Below are positions 51,740 through 64,000 of a DNA stretch of 64,000 nucleotides, piece by piece. Source of the DNA: Octopus vulgaris (taxonomy: Eukaryota); contig OX597815.1 in the NCBI GenBank assembly GCA_951406725.2, forward strand, positions 177,940,001-178,004,000, read 5' to 3'. The notes under the pieces are model-generated. The model made no database searches, was not told the origin of the DNA, and saw only the letters and a list, made by a program, of their open reading frames with translations. The translations under genes were made by a program, and so were the position numbers. Positions within the stretch are counted from its first letter, which is position 1. Every line of letters begins with the position of its first letter.

Positions 51740-52310
51740 AAAATAATAATGAGAGTACAGGAGGCGGTCGAAAAAGCCAGCTTCTATATATGGCTGAAGA
51801 GGGAAGACCAAAAATGGCTTGAAAGTCATAACATGCCGGCGGGAAATAACATCACTAGGTGAGACAAGTTGACACTGAATTAACTTCGCTGATTGACAGG
51901 TGACGGTCTCGTTTAGAGAATGCGTGGGCTAAGACTACACGTCTTCATTGGTCAGTTAAAGTTGAGACAGTGTCACGTGACAACTTTCTGGGGCTGCCTG
52001 CTGGAGCCTACCAGCAGGTATTCAAAGGGAAAAAATTTGACAAGGCAGTCAGTCGCCCGCTGACACTCGTTGATGATATATCGAAGAGGCCAGGGAACCG
52101 AAGAAAGAAGAAGAAAGAAGACATGCACCCAACACCAGAGCTGAAGACACCTCCGAAAGTGGGGGAGATGCCCCACGGCAAAACGGTAGAGGAGTTGGGG
52201 CTGAAACCGGACGTGGTTCCTCCGGATGATGTCTTGAGCTAACTGGATCCTATAAAGGAGCTGTTGTGGTAGCAGACCACGAAACACGGTTGAAATTCCT
52301 TCCATTCACC
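51740..52310 (+). mobile_element. RLE-LINE 3' end (Hero/NeSL-like)
   Basis: QEAVEKASFYIWLKREDQKWLES (~51758-51826) fits the AE.AS.W.W.KR....W terminus; GC-richer region follows. Confidence 0.5.
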
Positions 52311-54133
52311 AACTGAAAGCATTAAACATATGTAATCCATTATTAACGTTGGTAAACCGTAGCAAGGAGGTTGGGAGTCATGAAATTGTTGCTGCAAAAA
52401 ATCTCTTCAAATATTAAGAGAGAAAAAAGAATACTTTTGTATTTAATAAAATGACTTTAAAACCCTGGTAAATCCATAAATTTTATAAAGCTTACCTTTT
52501 TACCAGAACCCACTCAGCTCCAACTGAGTCACATTAATATTATCTTTAATTGTAAGCTCCCCACTTCACTCCAAACTCCTTTCTTGTAACTTGGTTTTCC
52601 CATTTAACTACATAGACTGGTTACATATATGATTATCTATACTTGAGCGGAAATTCGATCCTATTGATAATCATTTCACTCTTTCTCATCCACTCCATCT
52701 TTGGGTTCATATATGTGACAATTGCAATAACTGAAGTCCTGAAATTGAATCATAAATTGAAATTGTGATTTTCAATCACAAATGTCTCCGTCGCTGACTA
52801 AACCGTGTATAAAACCACGAAGGTGTTGAGTCTCTCTCACTCAACACCATTCCATTTCTATACACCTTTTATACATACGTATATTTGTCATTTATCTTCA
52901 TGTATTCTATTCGATTTACCACACTTCAAAAGTGGCGATTTTGTCTAATATTGGATATCTCCCTATATTAACAGATTCTGTTGTAATTGTTTTGTTATAA
53001 ACGAATATGGTATTTCCTTCTAAACTTAGTTTCAATAGTCCTCCATATAATATACCTTTTTATGGCATCTTTCTTAATCAACAATAGGCCCTTTTCCTGT
53101 TGAGATGTGACTGCATTTTCTTGAAACGCAGTAAGGGTTCTTCTTTGTCTAGCATTCTTTGTTATGATAGATTTCACTGACTTACCTACTTCTACCTTTC
53201 TCATCATTCCGTTTTATAACCCTTTCTTACAGTAGGTTAGGCACCAGAGACTAACCGACGGACTTTTCATGTCTTCCTTTTTCTTTTCACATTTGTGTTT
53301 GTTTGTTTTTCTCCTTTCACTGTTTTGCCTTCTTTCTACATTTATACATTGTCAATACCTTTCCCCTCCTCCTACGCCTTTACAACTCATCCATTCTTTA
53401 TCTTCTCTAGTCAGCCCTTTCTTTATACTTTCTCTCTTCATAACTCACATGCTTACTTTCTACGCCCTCGTCTTCTCCTTTTCTTTCTCCTACGTCATTT
53501 TACAATAAATATTCCTTTTCTCTTTTTACCACTTCTTTCCGTATCGAATTTCTCAGTGTCACTATTTGTTCTTGGACAATTTTCCTTTCTTCGCATTTTC
53601 CACCTACCATTCTGCTAATAATATTCTCTATGTACATGCATGAAGGTACTTAGCTATTCTAGTTCATGTTTAGTGATAATATGTTTCTTTATATGTTTTT
53701 TTTTTCTTTTTTGTAATATCGCCTTGTAATATTTTGCACCTAATACATTAATGATATAATATCCATTATTCACAGGATACACTAAAACAGCTGGGTTGGT
53801 AAATTTACATTGTGAATTAAATTATTCATTGTTGCATTGTAACAAATCACTATTTTCCATTACTATTTCTAGAGAATTCGAGGTATACCTAATATATCTA
53901 ATATTTTAATAGTTATTCCTTACTCAATGCGTATTATTGTTAGTAGTTGGGAGCAGGAATATATGTTTCGCCACATTCTCTTTAGTGAATTCATAGAGTG
54001 AGCTGAGACACTTCATTCTAAATGTCTACATACACGGCTTTATTGAAATTTCAAGTATATGCCTTCTGAATCTCAATCCTCTTTTCCTTTTAATTTAACA
54101 CTAACAGCTAATCCTTCTTGATACCCGAAATAT

Positions 54134-54620
54134 CTACGAACTGCATTTCAATAGCTTTGAGTATATTTTGAGTGAAACTTTTACAAATTTCGAAGAACAA
54201 AATTCTAGTCTCTTTCAACGTAGAACCCTCTGACTTCAACGCACCTGTTGTGACACTCCAACCCTTTCGTGAAGGCCCTATGGAAGTTCTCCAAAGGGAA
54301 AGTTTCCAGCACCCTTGTTACAGCTTACTTCATCCTCTCATCGTCTACAAAACGACTGCCTGTAAGGTTCTCCTTCAGCTTGGGAAACAGTCAAAATCGC
54401 AGGGGAAAGGTCGGGACTGTAGTGGGGTGAGATATTGTTTGATGCCCATCTCTGTCAAGTACTTGGTTGCCAGGACGAAATTGTGACAAGCATTGTTTAG
54501 CCGGTTGTAACTAGAAGTATTTAGCAGGGTGTCTTCAAAACACTTTTACAGTTGTCTTTTTCTATCTAGAATGAAAAGTCGGAAGATCAGCGTCCAACTG
54601 ATGAATATTAAGGACAAACT
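54134..54620. mobile_element. Mariner-like non-autonomous remnant
   Basis: TACGA-type terminus and CTCTTTCAACGTAG..CCCTCTGACTTCAACGCACC stretch like reverse-complemented mariner 3' ends; heavily decayed. Confidence 0.4.
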
Positions 54621-54889
54621 AACACGACATTAATCACCGACTGTTATGTCTGCCTCACCAAAAAGTATCTAAACACTTCTGGAATGCTTTCTTTGTACAC
54701 CTTTATAACTGTCAATTTCCATAGTAAATGTTACACATCATGGATGTGTAATGTATTATCAGGTGTATTTCTTAAGCAATCCTCTCTTTGGTTTAGAGAT
54801 GTCATCCGTAGCGAAGAAGCGGCATACGGACAATTCATTCTTTTTCTCACAATAATCTTCTCAGTAACTTTAATCTTTATCATTTACTC

Positions 54890-55390
<501 letters not shown>

Positions 55391-55399
55391 TATCGAAAG

Positions 55400-55920
55400 T
55401 ATCAGGTCATCCCATAAGTTCTGTTTGAATTTTGAATAAAGAAAACAAGTGATCAAATGTTATATTTAATTGAAATTTAATCATCAATGTACTTTCCTGA
55501 TTATCTATGACTTCCTCCCATCTATTTACAAGCTTATTAATCCCATCAATGTAAAACTCTTTTTGGTTTCAAAGCGAAGACCTCTGAAATGTCAATTTCA
55601 ACCTCCTCCTGGCTTGCGAAAGTTATGTCCCCCAAATGATTCAGTAAACTACGAAACAAATTGTAGTCTCAAAGAGCAAGGTCGGGAGAATAAGGTGGAT
55701 GAAGAATTTTTTTCCTAACCAAGCTCTTCGATCTTCTGTAATGTGATCTTTGTAGGGTGGGGTCGCACATTGTCCTGACGAAACATCACTCCTTTTCGAT
55801 TCACTAAAGCGGGTATTTGTTTTCTTCAAAGCTTGGTTCGAACGCTCTAATTGCTGACAGTAGACTTGAGCATTGATTTTTACACTAGGTGGTAACAATT
55901 CAAAGTGAATTATTCCTTTT
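55400..55920 (-). mobile_element. Mariner transposase remnant (catalytic region) with TIR
   Basis: LPPSVKINAQVYCQQLERSNQALKK, frameshifted QDN.RPH region; TATCAGGTCATCCCATAAGTTCTGT end at 55400. Confidence 0.8.
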
Positions 55921-57173
55921 CATTGGTTCATTATAAAATAGCTTGTTTGAGTGTATGACGTTGAAAAGGTTACGTATTAAAGAGCCTTGACTGAATTTTA
56001 TCAGACAAATTCTGGTGATTGCAGAGTTATGATCAGAGCAATACGTAAGTCTATATTATAAAACATGATCTTACATTATTAAGATGGTACCACGATCTTT
56101 CATGGAGATTGATTCACTATTGTTAGTATAACTAGTGGACTTAAATGAGCACTTTACTGTTGCTTTCTTTGTCAATGATTGGGGTCTACATCACATGTTT
56201 GCACCGATAGAAGCGTCTCAACTATAACCATCCTGTCGTATCCAATGTGTAATTTCTGCTTTTCGAAATAGTAGGTTGTATTGGGAGAAAATTGAATAAT
56301 ATATCCCTGCGTGATATCTATCACTTCGTCTTCCGCTTTCGCTTGTTGTCAGTGATATTTATTTCTTTGTAGGTGTTATAGTATTATAAGATAATGTTTT
56401 TAAACGTTGGAACATTAAAACGTGAAATGCTTATTTGCAAGTTACTCCTGGCTTTACGATTGAATCCACGAGACCATAAAACAACAGGTGCAAACATTCT
56501 AAATTGAAACAAAACCAGAATCTGAATTAGCGTCAAAACAATTTCCTACCTTAGCTTTCGTTATTACATTATCGTTCAATTTATATTTTTAATATATTAG
56601 TATAATAGAACCTCGTTATTGGGTTACAATAAAGTTTATGCAATATATTTTTCTCCTAATATCAATTTGCTTACATTGCTAATATTAGTGTCGACTTCTT
56701 TACATAGAAGTATATTTATGATTTTTGTTAGAACCGTGATATTTATTCTCTTCTGTAATTTAATTTTTCACGAGATTGTTTTATTTTTTAAAAAATTGTT
56801 CAAGATCAATGTGGTATATATGAATGAATTTATGTATATAGTTCTTGTTCTAGCATACCATTCCGCTCACAAACTGGTGGTCGACAAATAATACATTGCA
56901 AATCAGTGGTCTAAATATTTTTCCAGCATTTTTAAAGAAATAAACCTCGTTGCGTATATACAAGTATATAAACTTTCATACAGATACATTCGCATAAATG
57001 TGGTGTATGGATTTTAACGTTTACTGAAAGTAAACGAATGTGGACTAGTGTTATCTTTTTATTACAGTTTTCAAACTTGGATAACGGCCAGGTTCGCGAG
57101 GGTCCTTCATTCGGCGTTCGGGTTACATGAACGCAGTTGTGATGACTTTTATTTTGCATTATACTCATAAGGC

Positions 57174-57210
<37 letters not shown>

Positions 57211-57719
57211 GTTGGGGGAGGTGTCACAACCACCAGTGTTTTAACCGATACCCCTATTGTGAGATGTGAATGCCAAAGATAAAGAAAGCCTCTTTCCTCG
57301 GTAGAAGATATCTAGCAAAGAATTTATTTAATACAAGTGTATACTTCAACACCCAATGATCGAAGATGTCGATGCTATGTACAAGAATTTCGGTGTTTCG
57401 TTATTCCTTTATGGTTTATCTTTCTCTTGTTTTATTCGTGAAACTACGACCATTCTGGGGCATTGCCTTGAAGAATTTTTGGTAGAATGAATAGTCATCA
57501 GAACAATTATAGACTGTTACTGATTTAGTAGTAAGAAGTATAATAATATACTGTAATGTATCAAAGAAGTTCAAATGAATTACCATGCAGGTATGGGTTT
57601 TAAAGTCAGTCCTAATGAGGCTGTGGATAAAACAGATTTCGGATTATAATCTCCAGTCTTTGCTCTCTTCTGTTTTACGGTATACTAGTTCATTCAATTT
57701 CATATTTATTCTTTTAACC

Positions 57720-57940
57720 TTTTACCTGTTTCAGTCATTTGACTGCGACTATGCTGGAGCACCGCCTTAAATGAGTTTTAGTCAAAGAAATCGCCCCCCG
57801 TGACTTATACTTTGTAAGTCTAGCACTTATTCTATCTGCCTCTTTTGCGGAACCGCTATGTTACGGGGACGTGAACACACCAACATCGGTTGTCAAGTGA
57901 AAGTCATAGGACAAACAGGGACACAAGGACAGATACACAC

Positions 57941-58021
<81 letters not shown>

Positions 58022-58185
58022 CGACAGGCTTCTTTCAGTTTCCGTCTACGAAATTCACTCACAAGGTTTCGGCCGACCCGAAGCTATAGTAGGAGATACT
58101 TGCCCAAGTTACCACGGAATGGGATTGAATCCGAAACAATGTGGCTGGGAAGCAAGATTCTTACCACACAGCTACTCGTGCGCCT
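57720..58185 (-). mobile_element. Full-length SINE family B with internal (CA)n(TA)n
   Basis: tRNA-like head (revcomp of AAGATTCTTACCACACAGCTAC), TTGGGCAAGT.TCT.CTACTATAGC, internal microsatellite, tail GGCGGTGCTCCAGCAT...TGACTGAAAC. Confidence 0.85.
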
Positions 58186-58764
58186 ATAAGTACGTTTCAT
58201 TAAATATTTAGAGAACAAAGGTAATATACTTACATAATACAGTTACTGAAGAAGAATCATACTCTATAAGCATTTAATAGCTGGTTCATAATATTTGAAA
58301 GGTTTTCAAAGAAAACTGTATTGCAAATGTCTAAATTCACTCTTTATTACAGTTGTGAGACGTAGCATTTGCCAGTGGAATAAAGATAGTAGCAAGTTTC
58401 CAACCATATTTAACTGGTTTCATTGTGATGTTTTACACTGTCTACAAATTAACGTTCTACTCTTTGACTGCTTCTGCTTGTGAAGGACTGAGTATTCGAT
58501 ACCCACAGATGCAGGATATACTCTCACTTGCGTCAGTCATACAAATTGGCCCAGTTAAATGGTGTTTTATCTGTACACATTTAACAGCATGAAGCCCGAC
58601 TGGTTGCTTACTGTTCGTCAGCTGTTATATATTGCAATAATCATGGGAGACCAGTTTGTGGTCTGATGTTCGTCACCTGCTGCAACCTTGTGCTAAGATT
58701 AGAAAAATAATTACTATTACTATTATTCCTATAATTAGTATAGTACTATAGGCAGAATTGTTAC

Positions 58765-58828
<64 letters not shown>

Positions 58829-60161
58829 TGTTGTTGTTGTTGTTGTGGTTGCTGCTGCTGCTGTTTAGATGGTATTGGATTGCAAAGACGCTGTTAAGAT
58901 GTAGAAAAGCACATCAGCTAGGATAAAATTTTATTAGAAAAGCAAAAGAGTGCTTTACTTTCCTGCCATTGTTCTCCGTTGTTCCAAAGCTAAAGCCTGT
59001 CTCTGGCGGCAGCAAAAGATTACTAGCACACTCTGCTGTAGGATATTTAAATTCTAAGACAATCGGGTGTTGCAGTTACTTAATCCGTTAGAGAATTATG
59101 TAAAACCTATCCACAATAGTGGAAGGTTATTTTGGGACAGCAAGATTCATTCTTGGTATCTAATCTTCTAAATACAGCGAGAAAGGGAAATACATTTTAT
59201 CCACTTCCTGGGGTTAAGATGGTTAGTTTAACAATCTTTTGTAATCGTTGGCAACAAGCCACGCGCAGGCCCTTTAGATTGTATCTAATGTAGTGAAGAT
59301 AACTGTGTATTACTCGTTCTTGCGAAGAGAAAATACAATGCGTATACACATGTGAACGTGCGCGGCTTTGCGTTTAAGTGTCTTAAATAGAGTAAAGCTG
59401 ATTGAATGGATCAGGGAGATAATCATTGCATCAACCTAAGAGATGCTCTTCGCTGTTATTGTATCATTATTGATTAATCCAGCAAATTGATTTAGACAAA
59501 GTGTAATGAGAAATTTGGATAAATATTAACGTAACCAATGACTAGCTACTCCTTTCTGCTCAACGATAAATTAGTGATCACGAAAGTATTTCACGTATTT
59601 CCAGAGTAATATATAGTAGCAAAATATGACGTCGCAAGTGATAATGTTTGTCGAAAATATGAATGATTTGGAGTAACGAAGCAGATAGGGCTAAAGTTTC
59701 AAAACTGTTGTGCTACGGTTCAGATCGTCTAAGGTTATGATTCTTCTAAGAGCTGCCTGTCTGGAGATACACTTAAATACTGAACCTTTGGAACGTTTTA
59801 CAAATCTTGACAATTTCATTGATGGCTTATAACTGTATTCTTTTTGTAAGCTATCGTACTATCTGGTAACGGGCTGTAAACAATCCAACAAATACTGCCA
59901 GTAGTTAAAAGGTTTAAGGACAAACAGAAAAACTCACACAATATGTTTATATGCGTATGTCTCTAGGTATATATGTATGTTCTCTATCTGTTTCTAATTT
60001 AGAATAAATTTTGACTGGCTACATACTTGACAGCAACGTTGTGAAGGAAAGCCTCCCGTTTTAATAATGGATGGATTAAGAATTTGCGATTTCTCTCCAA
60101 CATCCTAAGTTCAGACGTACTTTGCTCCATGTGGATTGTTATCTGTAACTCCAATAACTCC

Positions 60162-60267
<106 letters not shown>

Positions 60268-60269
60268 TG

Positions 60270-60822
60270 CCCTGATGCAGTACCAGGCAGTGGCTCTCAT
60301 GGCTTCTGATCTTAACTGATTGGAAGTGTTATCATGTACATTGTTTTGTCTTGGTATAAAAGATGGGCTACAGCAAATATTCTGCTCAATACCACAGATT
60401 TGCTTGTCAATTGTTTGACCTTAACTAGTTGAGCATGTCCCTTAGTGGCTGACGATATGTGCATCTCTGATCACGAGCAGAAGTAGTGGGGGAGCATCAT
60501 AGCCATGTGTTGAGAGGGATTCTTTGGGGTTTGAATGATTCACCTCTGGAAACATGGGTGGTTCTTTCAACATCCTTAAACAACCCTTATTCAGGGACCT
60601 TTTGAGCGGGATGGGCTACTCAACCTGAAGAAAATTCTAACTGGGCCCCACCGGCAAGGTCATGTGCCGTTTATCTTGATATGAGATCACCATGTCGCGC
60701 ACATATGGTTGTGATGCATGTGCCTGGTGTACCTTTATCAGACGGGTAGTCATGATGGGTATATTGGGCTTCGTATATTTTACCCCAGTGTCACTTTGAT
60801 GGCATGCACTGCTCTCTCACTC

Positions 60823-60881
<59 letters not shown>

Positions 60882-61437
60882 TGATGATGATGCAGTACCA
60901 GGCAATGGTTCTCATGGCTTCTGATCTTAACTGATTGGAAGTGTTATCATGTATATTGTTTTGTCTTGGTATAAAAGATGGGCTACAGCAAATATTTTGC
61001 TCAATACCATAGATTTGCTTGTCAGTTGTTTGACCGTAACCAGTTGAGCATGTCCCTTAGTGGCTGACGATATGTGCATCTCTGATCACGAGCAGAAGTA
61101 GTGGGGGAGCATCATAGCCATGTGTTGAGAGGGATTCTTTGGGGTTTGAATAATTCACCTCTGGAAACATGGTTGGTTCTTTCAACATCCTTAAACAACC
61201 CTTATTCAGGAACCGCTTGAGCGGGATGGGCTACTCAACATGAAGAAAATTCTAACTGGGCCCCACCTGCAAGGTCATGTGCTGTTTATCTTGATATGAG
61301 ATCACCATGTCGCGCACATATGGTTGTGATGCATGTGCCTGGTGTGCCCTTACAAGACGGGTAGTCATGATGGGTATATTGGGCTTCGTATATTTTACCC
61401 CAGTGTCACTTTGATGGCATGAACTGCTCTCTCACTC

Positions 61438-61440
<3 letters not shown>
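60270..61440 (+). mobile_element. Two tandem near-identical ~550 bp elements embedded in (AAT)n
   Basis: TGATGCAGTACCAGGCA...CTGCTCTCTCACTC at ~60273-60822 and ~60888-61437, each bounded by (AAT)n; non-coding. Confidence 0.85.
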
Positions 61441-61492
<52 letters not shown>

Positions 61493-61699
61493 GAATGAAC
61501 GTGTTTGTATGCATGTACGTAATTGTGTATTTATAGTGAGTACACGTATAGAGCTATATATTAAATTACCGTTGTGCTAAATTACGTTGTGGTAAAAGTA
61601 TTTTGTTACATTGCTATTATAATCAATAGACAGTTTTTATATCGACAGATGTCTCGTCAAAATGTGTACGCTTCGAGAGATCTATAAACATTACGTCAA

Positions 61700-61730
<31 letters not shown>

Positions 61731-62211
61731 CACACACACACAGACACACATATGATAGCGTATTTGAATGTGAATAAAGAAGTATGTTTCTTTTTCCTCA
61801 CTTACCTTTTTCACTTTACTAAATACGTTGGGTTAGGAATTCATGTGGATAGATGAAGATAAATATATTTTATAGTTATTATATTTTTTGGCTTAAAATA
61901 TGGTATATACAACTGAAGATCGAAAAATATGCTTCAAAATTAAGTTAACGTTTTTTTTTTTTAATTCATTTCTTTAGTTTGTACATTAATCGTGAAACTA
62001 GTTTTGTATTGACCACAATAATTGATAAAATAGACTTCATCTTTCTAGCCCACCTTATATCTTTCTTCGTACCAAGGAGAAAAGTCCGTCTGTTTTTTTT
62101 TTTATTCTATTTTTATTTTAAAAACTACGATATTCAACATGTTGGAGTTCGGCTTTAACTGCACTTTCTCCCTCTCTCTGTCTTTATATAGATATATATA
62201 TATATATATAT

Positions 62212-62263
<52 letters not shown>

Positions 62264-62268
62264 TTATA

Positions 62269-62313
<45 letters not shown>

Positions 62314-62317
62314 TATA

Positions 62318-62354
<37 letters not shown>

Positions 62355-62367
62355 TTATATGCATATA

Positions 62368-62401
<34 letters not shown>

Positions 62402-63299
62402 CTGTACTTATATGTATATATATACATACATACACACAGTATATTTGTGCGGCGATTAAGACTGAACACATGTAAATGGAGTCTCGCCAGCAGTTGTATC
62501 CATGTCTCAGCTCTCCCCTAAAAACACACTGCTTCAAAGCGGGATACACCAATTAATATATTTTACACCTTGTTGGCACCTGTTCCTTTTCGGCTACGTG
62601 TTTGTATAATAGGACGTAATATTGATATTCGTTGCAAAACAGGATGCTAAAAATTTATAAAAAGTAAATTATTGTATATTTATATCGCAATGAAGCGAAT
62701 CACTAAACACACCAGAAAATTAATATTTGTAAGAGTTGCCAAGAAAACGTTAACTTCATAAAAATGATGCATGCAGTTTACTTAACGACGAAATTCTGTG
62801 AATTTATAAGCAATGAGTTGATGTTTAGTTTTTGAAGGTACACCGTTACCAACGATAATGACTTCAACCAGAAATGAAATATATAACACACATAGCTAGC
62901 TGTTCTTTCTTTAACCGGACATATATTGTGTAACTATGCGTAAACGTTTATATTTGTCGTAATACAGAACGTAGTGACAGTTTACAACCTATGGATACAT
63001 TTTACACTTCGACAAGGTGTCGTGCAGTGGGACCGAACTCAAGAGAGAGTGGGGGAAGGGATTAGGCAGAGAGAGAAGAAAGGAAGAGGTATATAAAGAG
63101 TCACAAATCTGCTCAGCTGGATTCCTCTTATAGCCACCCTTTAATCCGCGGGATTGGTTCTCGGTAAAGGTTTCGGAGTGTATGTTCAAATCATTTGAGC
63201 GTTGAAATGTTTTCTATACTGAGAATTTTTCAATGTTATCTCGCGATGTGTATGTGTTTTCTTATACGCCAAATTTTCTGCAGGAAATGATTCCGATTA

Positions 63300-63860
63300 T
63301 TAAAGAAAACTTTTAAAGAATATCACAGACCAGGCAACAAAACTCGCCTCGGAATCAACTAGAATGATAGATATCGATATTTCACCAATATTTTGGCTAA
63401 TAACAATCGTGTACCCGGATCATCTCGAAACAAACTGAACCGCAAATATCAGTCCAGATGCGCGTCTAAGATGGCGTCCCAGTCATCCACTAATACTAAT
63501 GAGACAGACTTTCCCACCAACAAACGTTAAAAAAATTTAGCCGCCATGCACTTGTCGGAAAACAAAGACGGCATCTAATGTGAACGAATCCCCTTTGCTG
63601 TTGCCAGCATCCAGAACCAACAACTTACCCTCCGGTTCCAGAAAGTTTGGCCTTGTCGCGAGGCTCAGACCTTTTCGGAACACCACCGTAACTCCACTTC
63701 CTGTTCCAGGCCGGCTATTTCAGAGTGTCAAAAATCGGCACGAAACGACGTTTTTCGGAAATCTTAGTCTCCCTGATGGGTAGAACATCCAAAATCGAGT
63801 GACTAGAGTTCATTGAGCAGGTGGATCCCAGTCAACGTGTATTCACTCATCCTATTCTCA
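63300..63860 (-). pseudogene. L1/Tx1-type LINE APE endonuclease remnant
   Basis: Minus strand DVLPIRETK, GSGVTVVFRKG, EPEGKLLVLD, SLVLVDDWDAILDAHLD (cf. DV..LQET, GVA.L, GR.L.LD, LGGDWNA.LD). Confidence 0.65.
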
Positions 63861-64000
63861 TGATAGTAAGAGAGAAAGAAAAAGATGTAACATCTACTTC
63901 AGCGATTATATTGTATGGCTAACGGGAGCGTACGCCTGCTTGGGGTATCTTGGGGGAAGTTTTACAAAACCTGCCCGTGTCTTTAACTGGGGCAGTCTCT

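Noticed and set aside
52215-52300. Hammerhead-like CGGATGA...GAAACACGGTT
   Set aside because: Helix I and the base of helix II do not pair convincingly

Overview
AT-rich, repeat-saturated animal genomic DNA; the SINE families and (TA)n/(GATA)n/(AAT)n/(CA)n microsatellites look like an Octopus genome (recognised by eye, not by database search). Most ORFs in the track are microsatellite or antisense artefacts and no host gene can be named. The centrepiece is a young ~5.1 kb near-perfect palindrome (28442-33586) made of two head-to-head, identically 5'-truncated Penelope-like retroelements (PLE; RT with YKDD + C-terminal GIY-YIG endonuclease, probably Naiad-type). Each carries an inverted pseudo-LTR, and the whole is inserted in (TA)n. 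Each outer 3' UTR holds a variant type I hammerhead ribozyme fold. Elsewhere, small non-coding fold-back or tail elements sitting in (TA)n carry hammerhead-like motifs with palindromic helix III, including a compensated U3-A8 core and one fold-back whose arm begins at the predicted cleavage triplet. Together these suggest a (TA)n-targeting, ribozyme-bearing PLE system with non-autonomous derivatives (inference). Also present: decayed Dong/R4, RTE (twin-priming-like inversion), Tx1/L1 and Hero-like LINEs, other PLE relics, mariner remnants, a MITE, four SINE families, a tRNA-Asp pseudogene and two weak candidate host exons.
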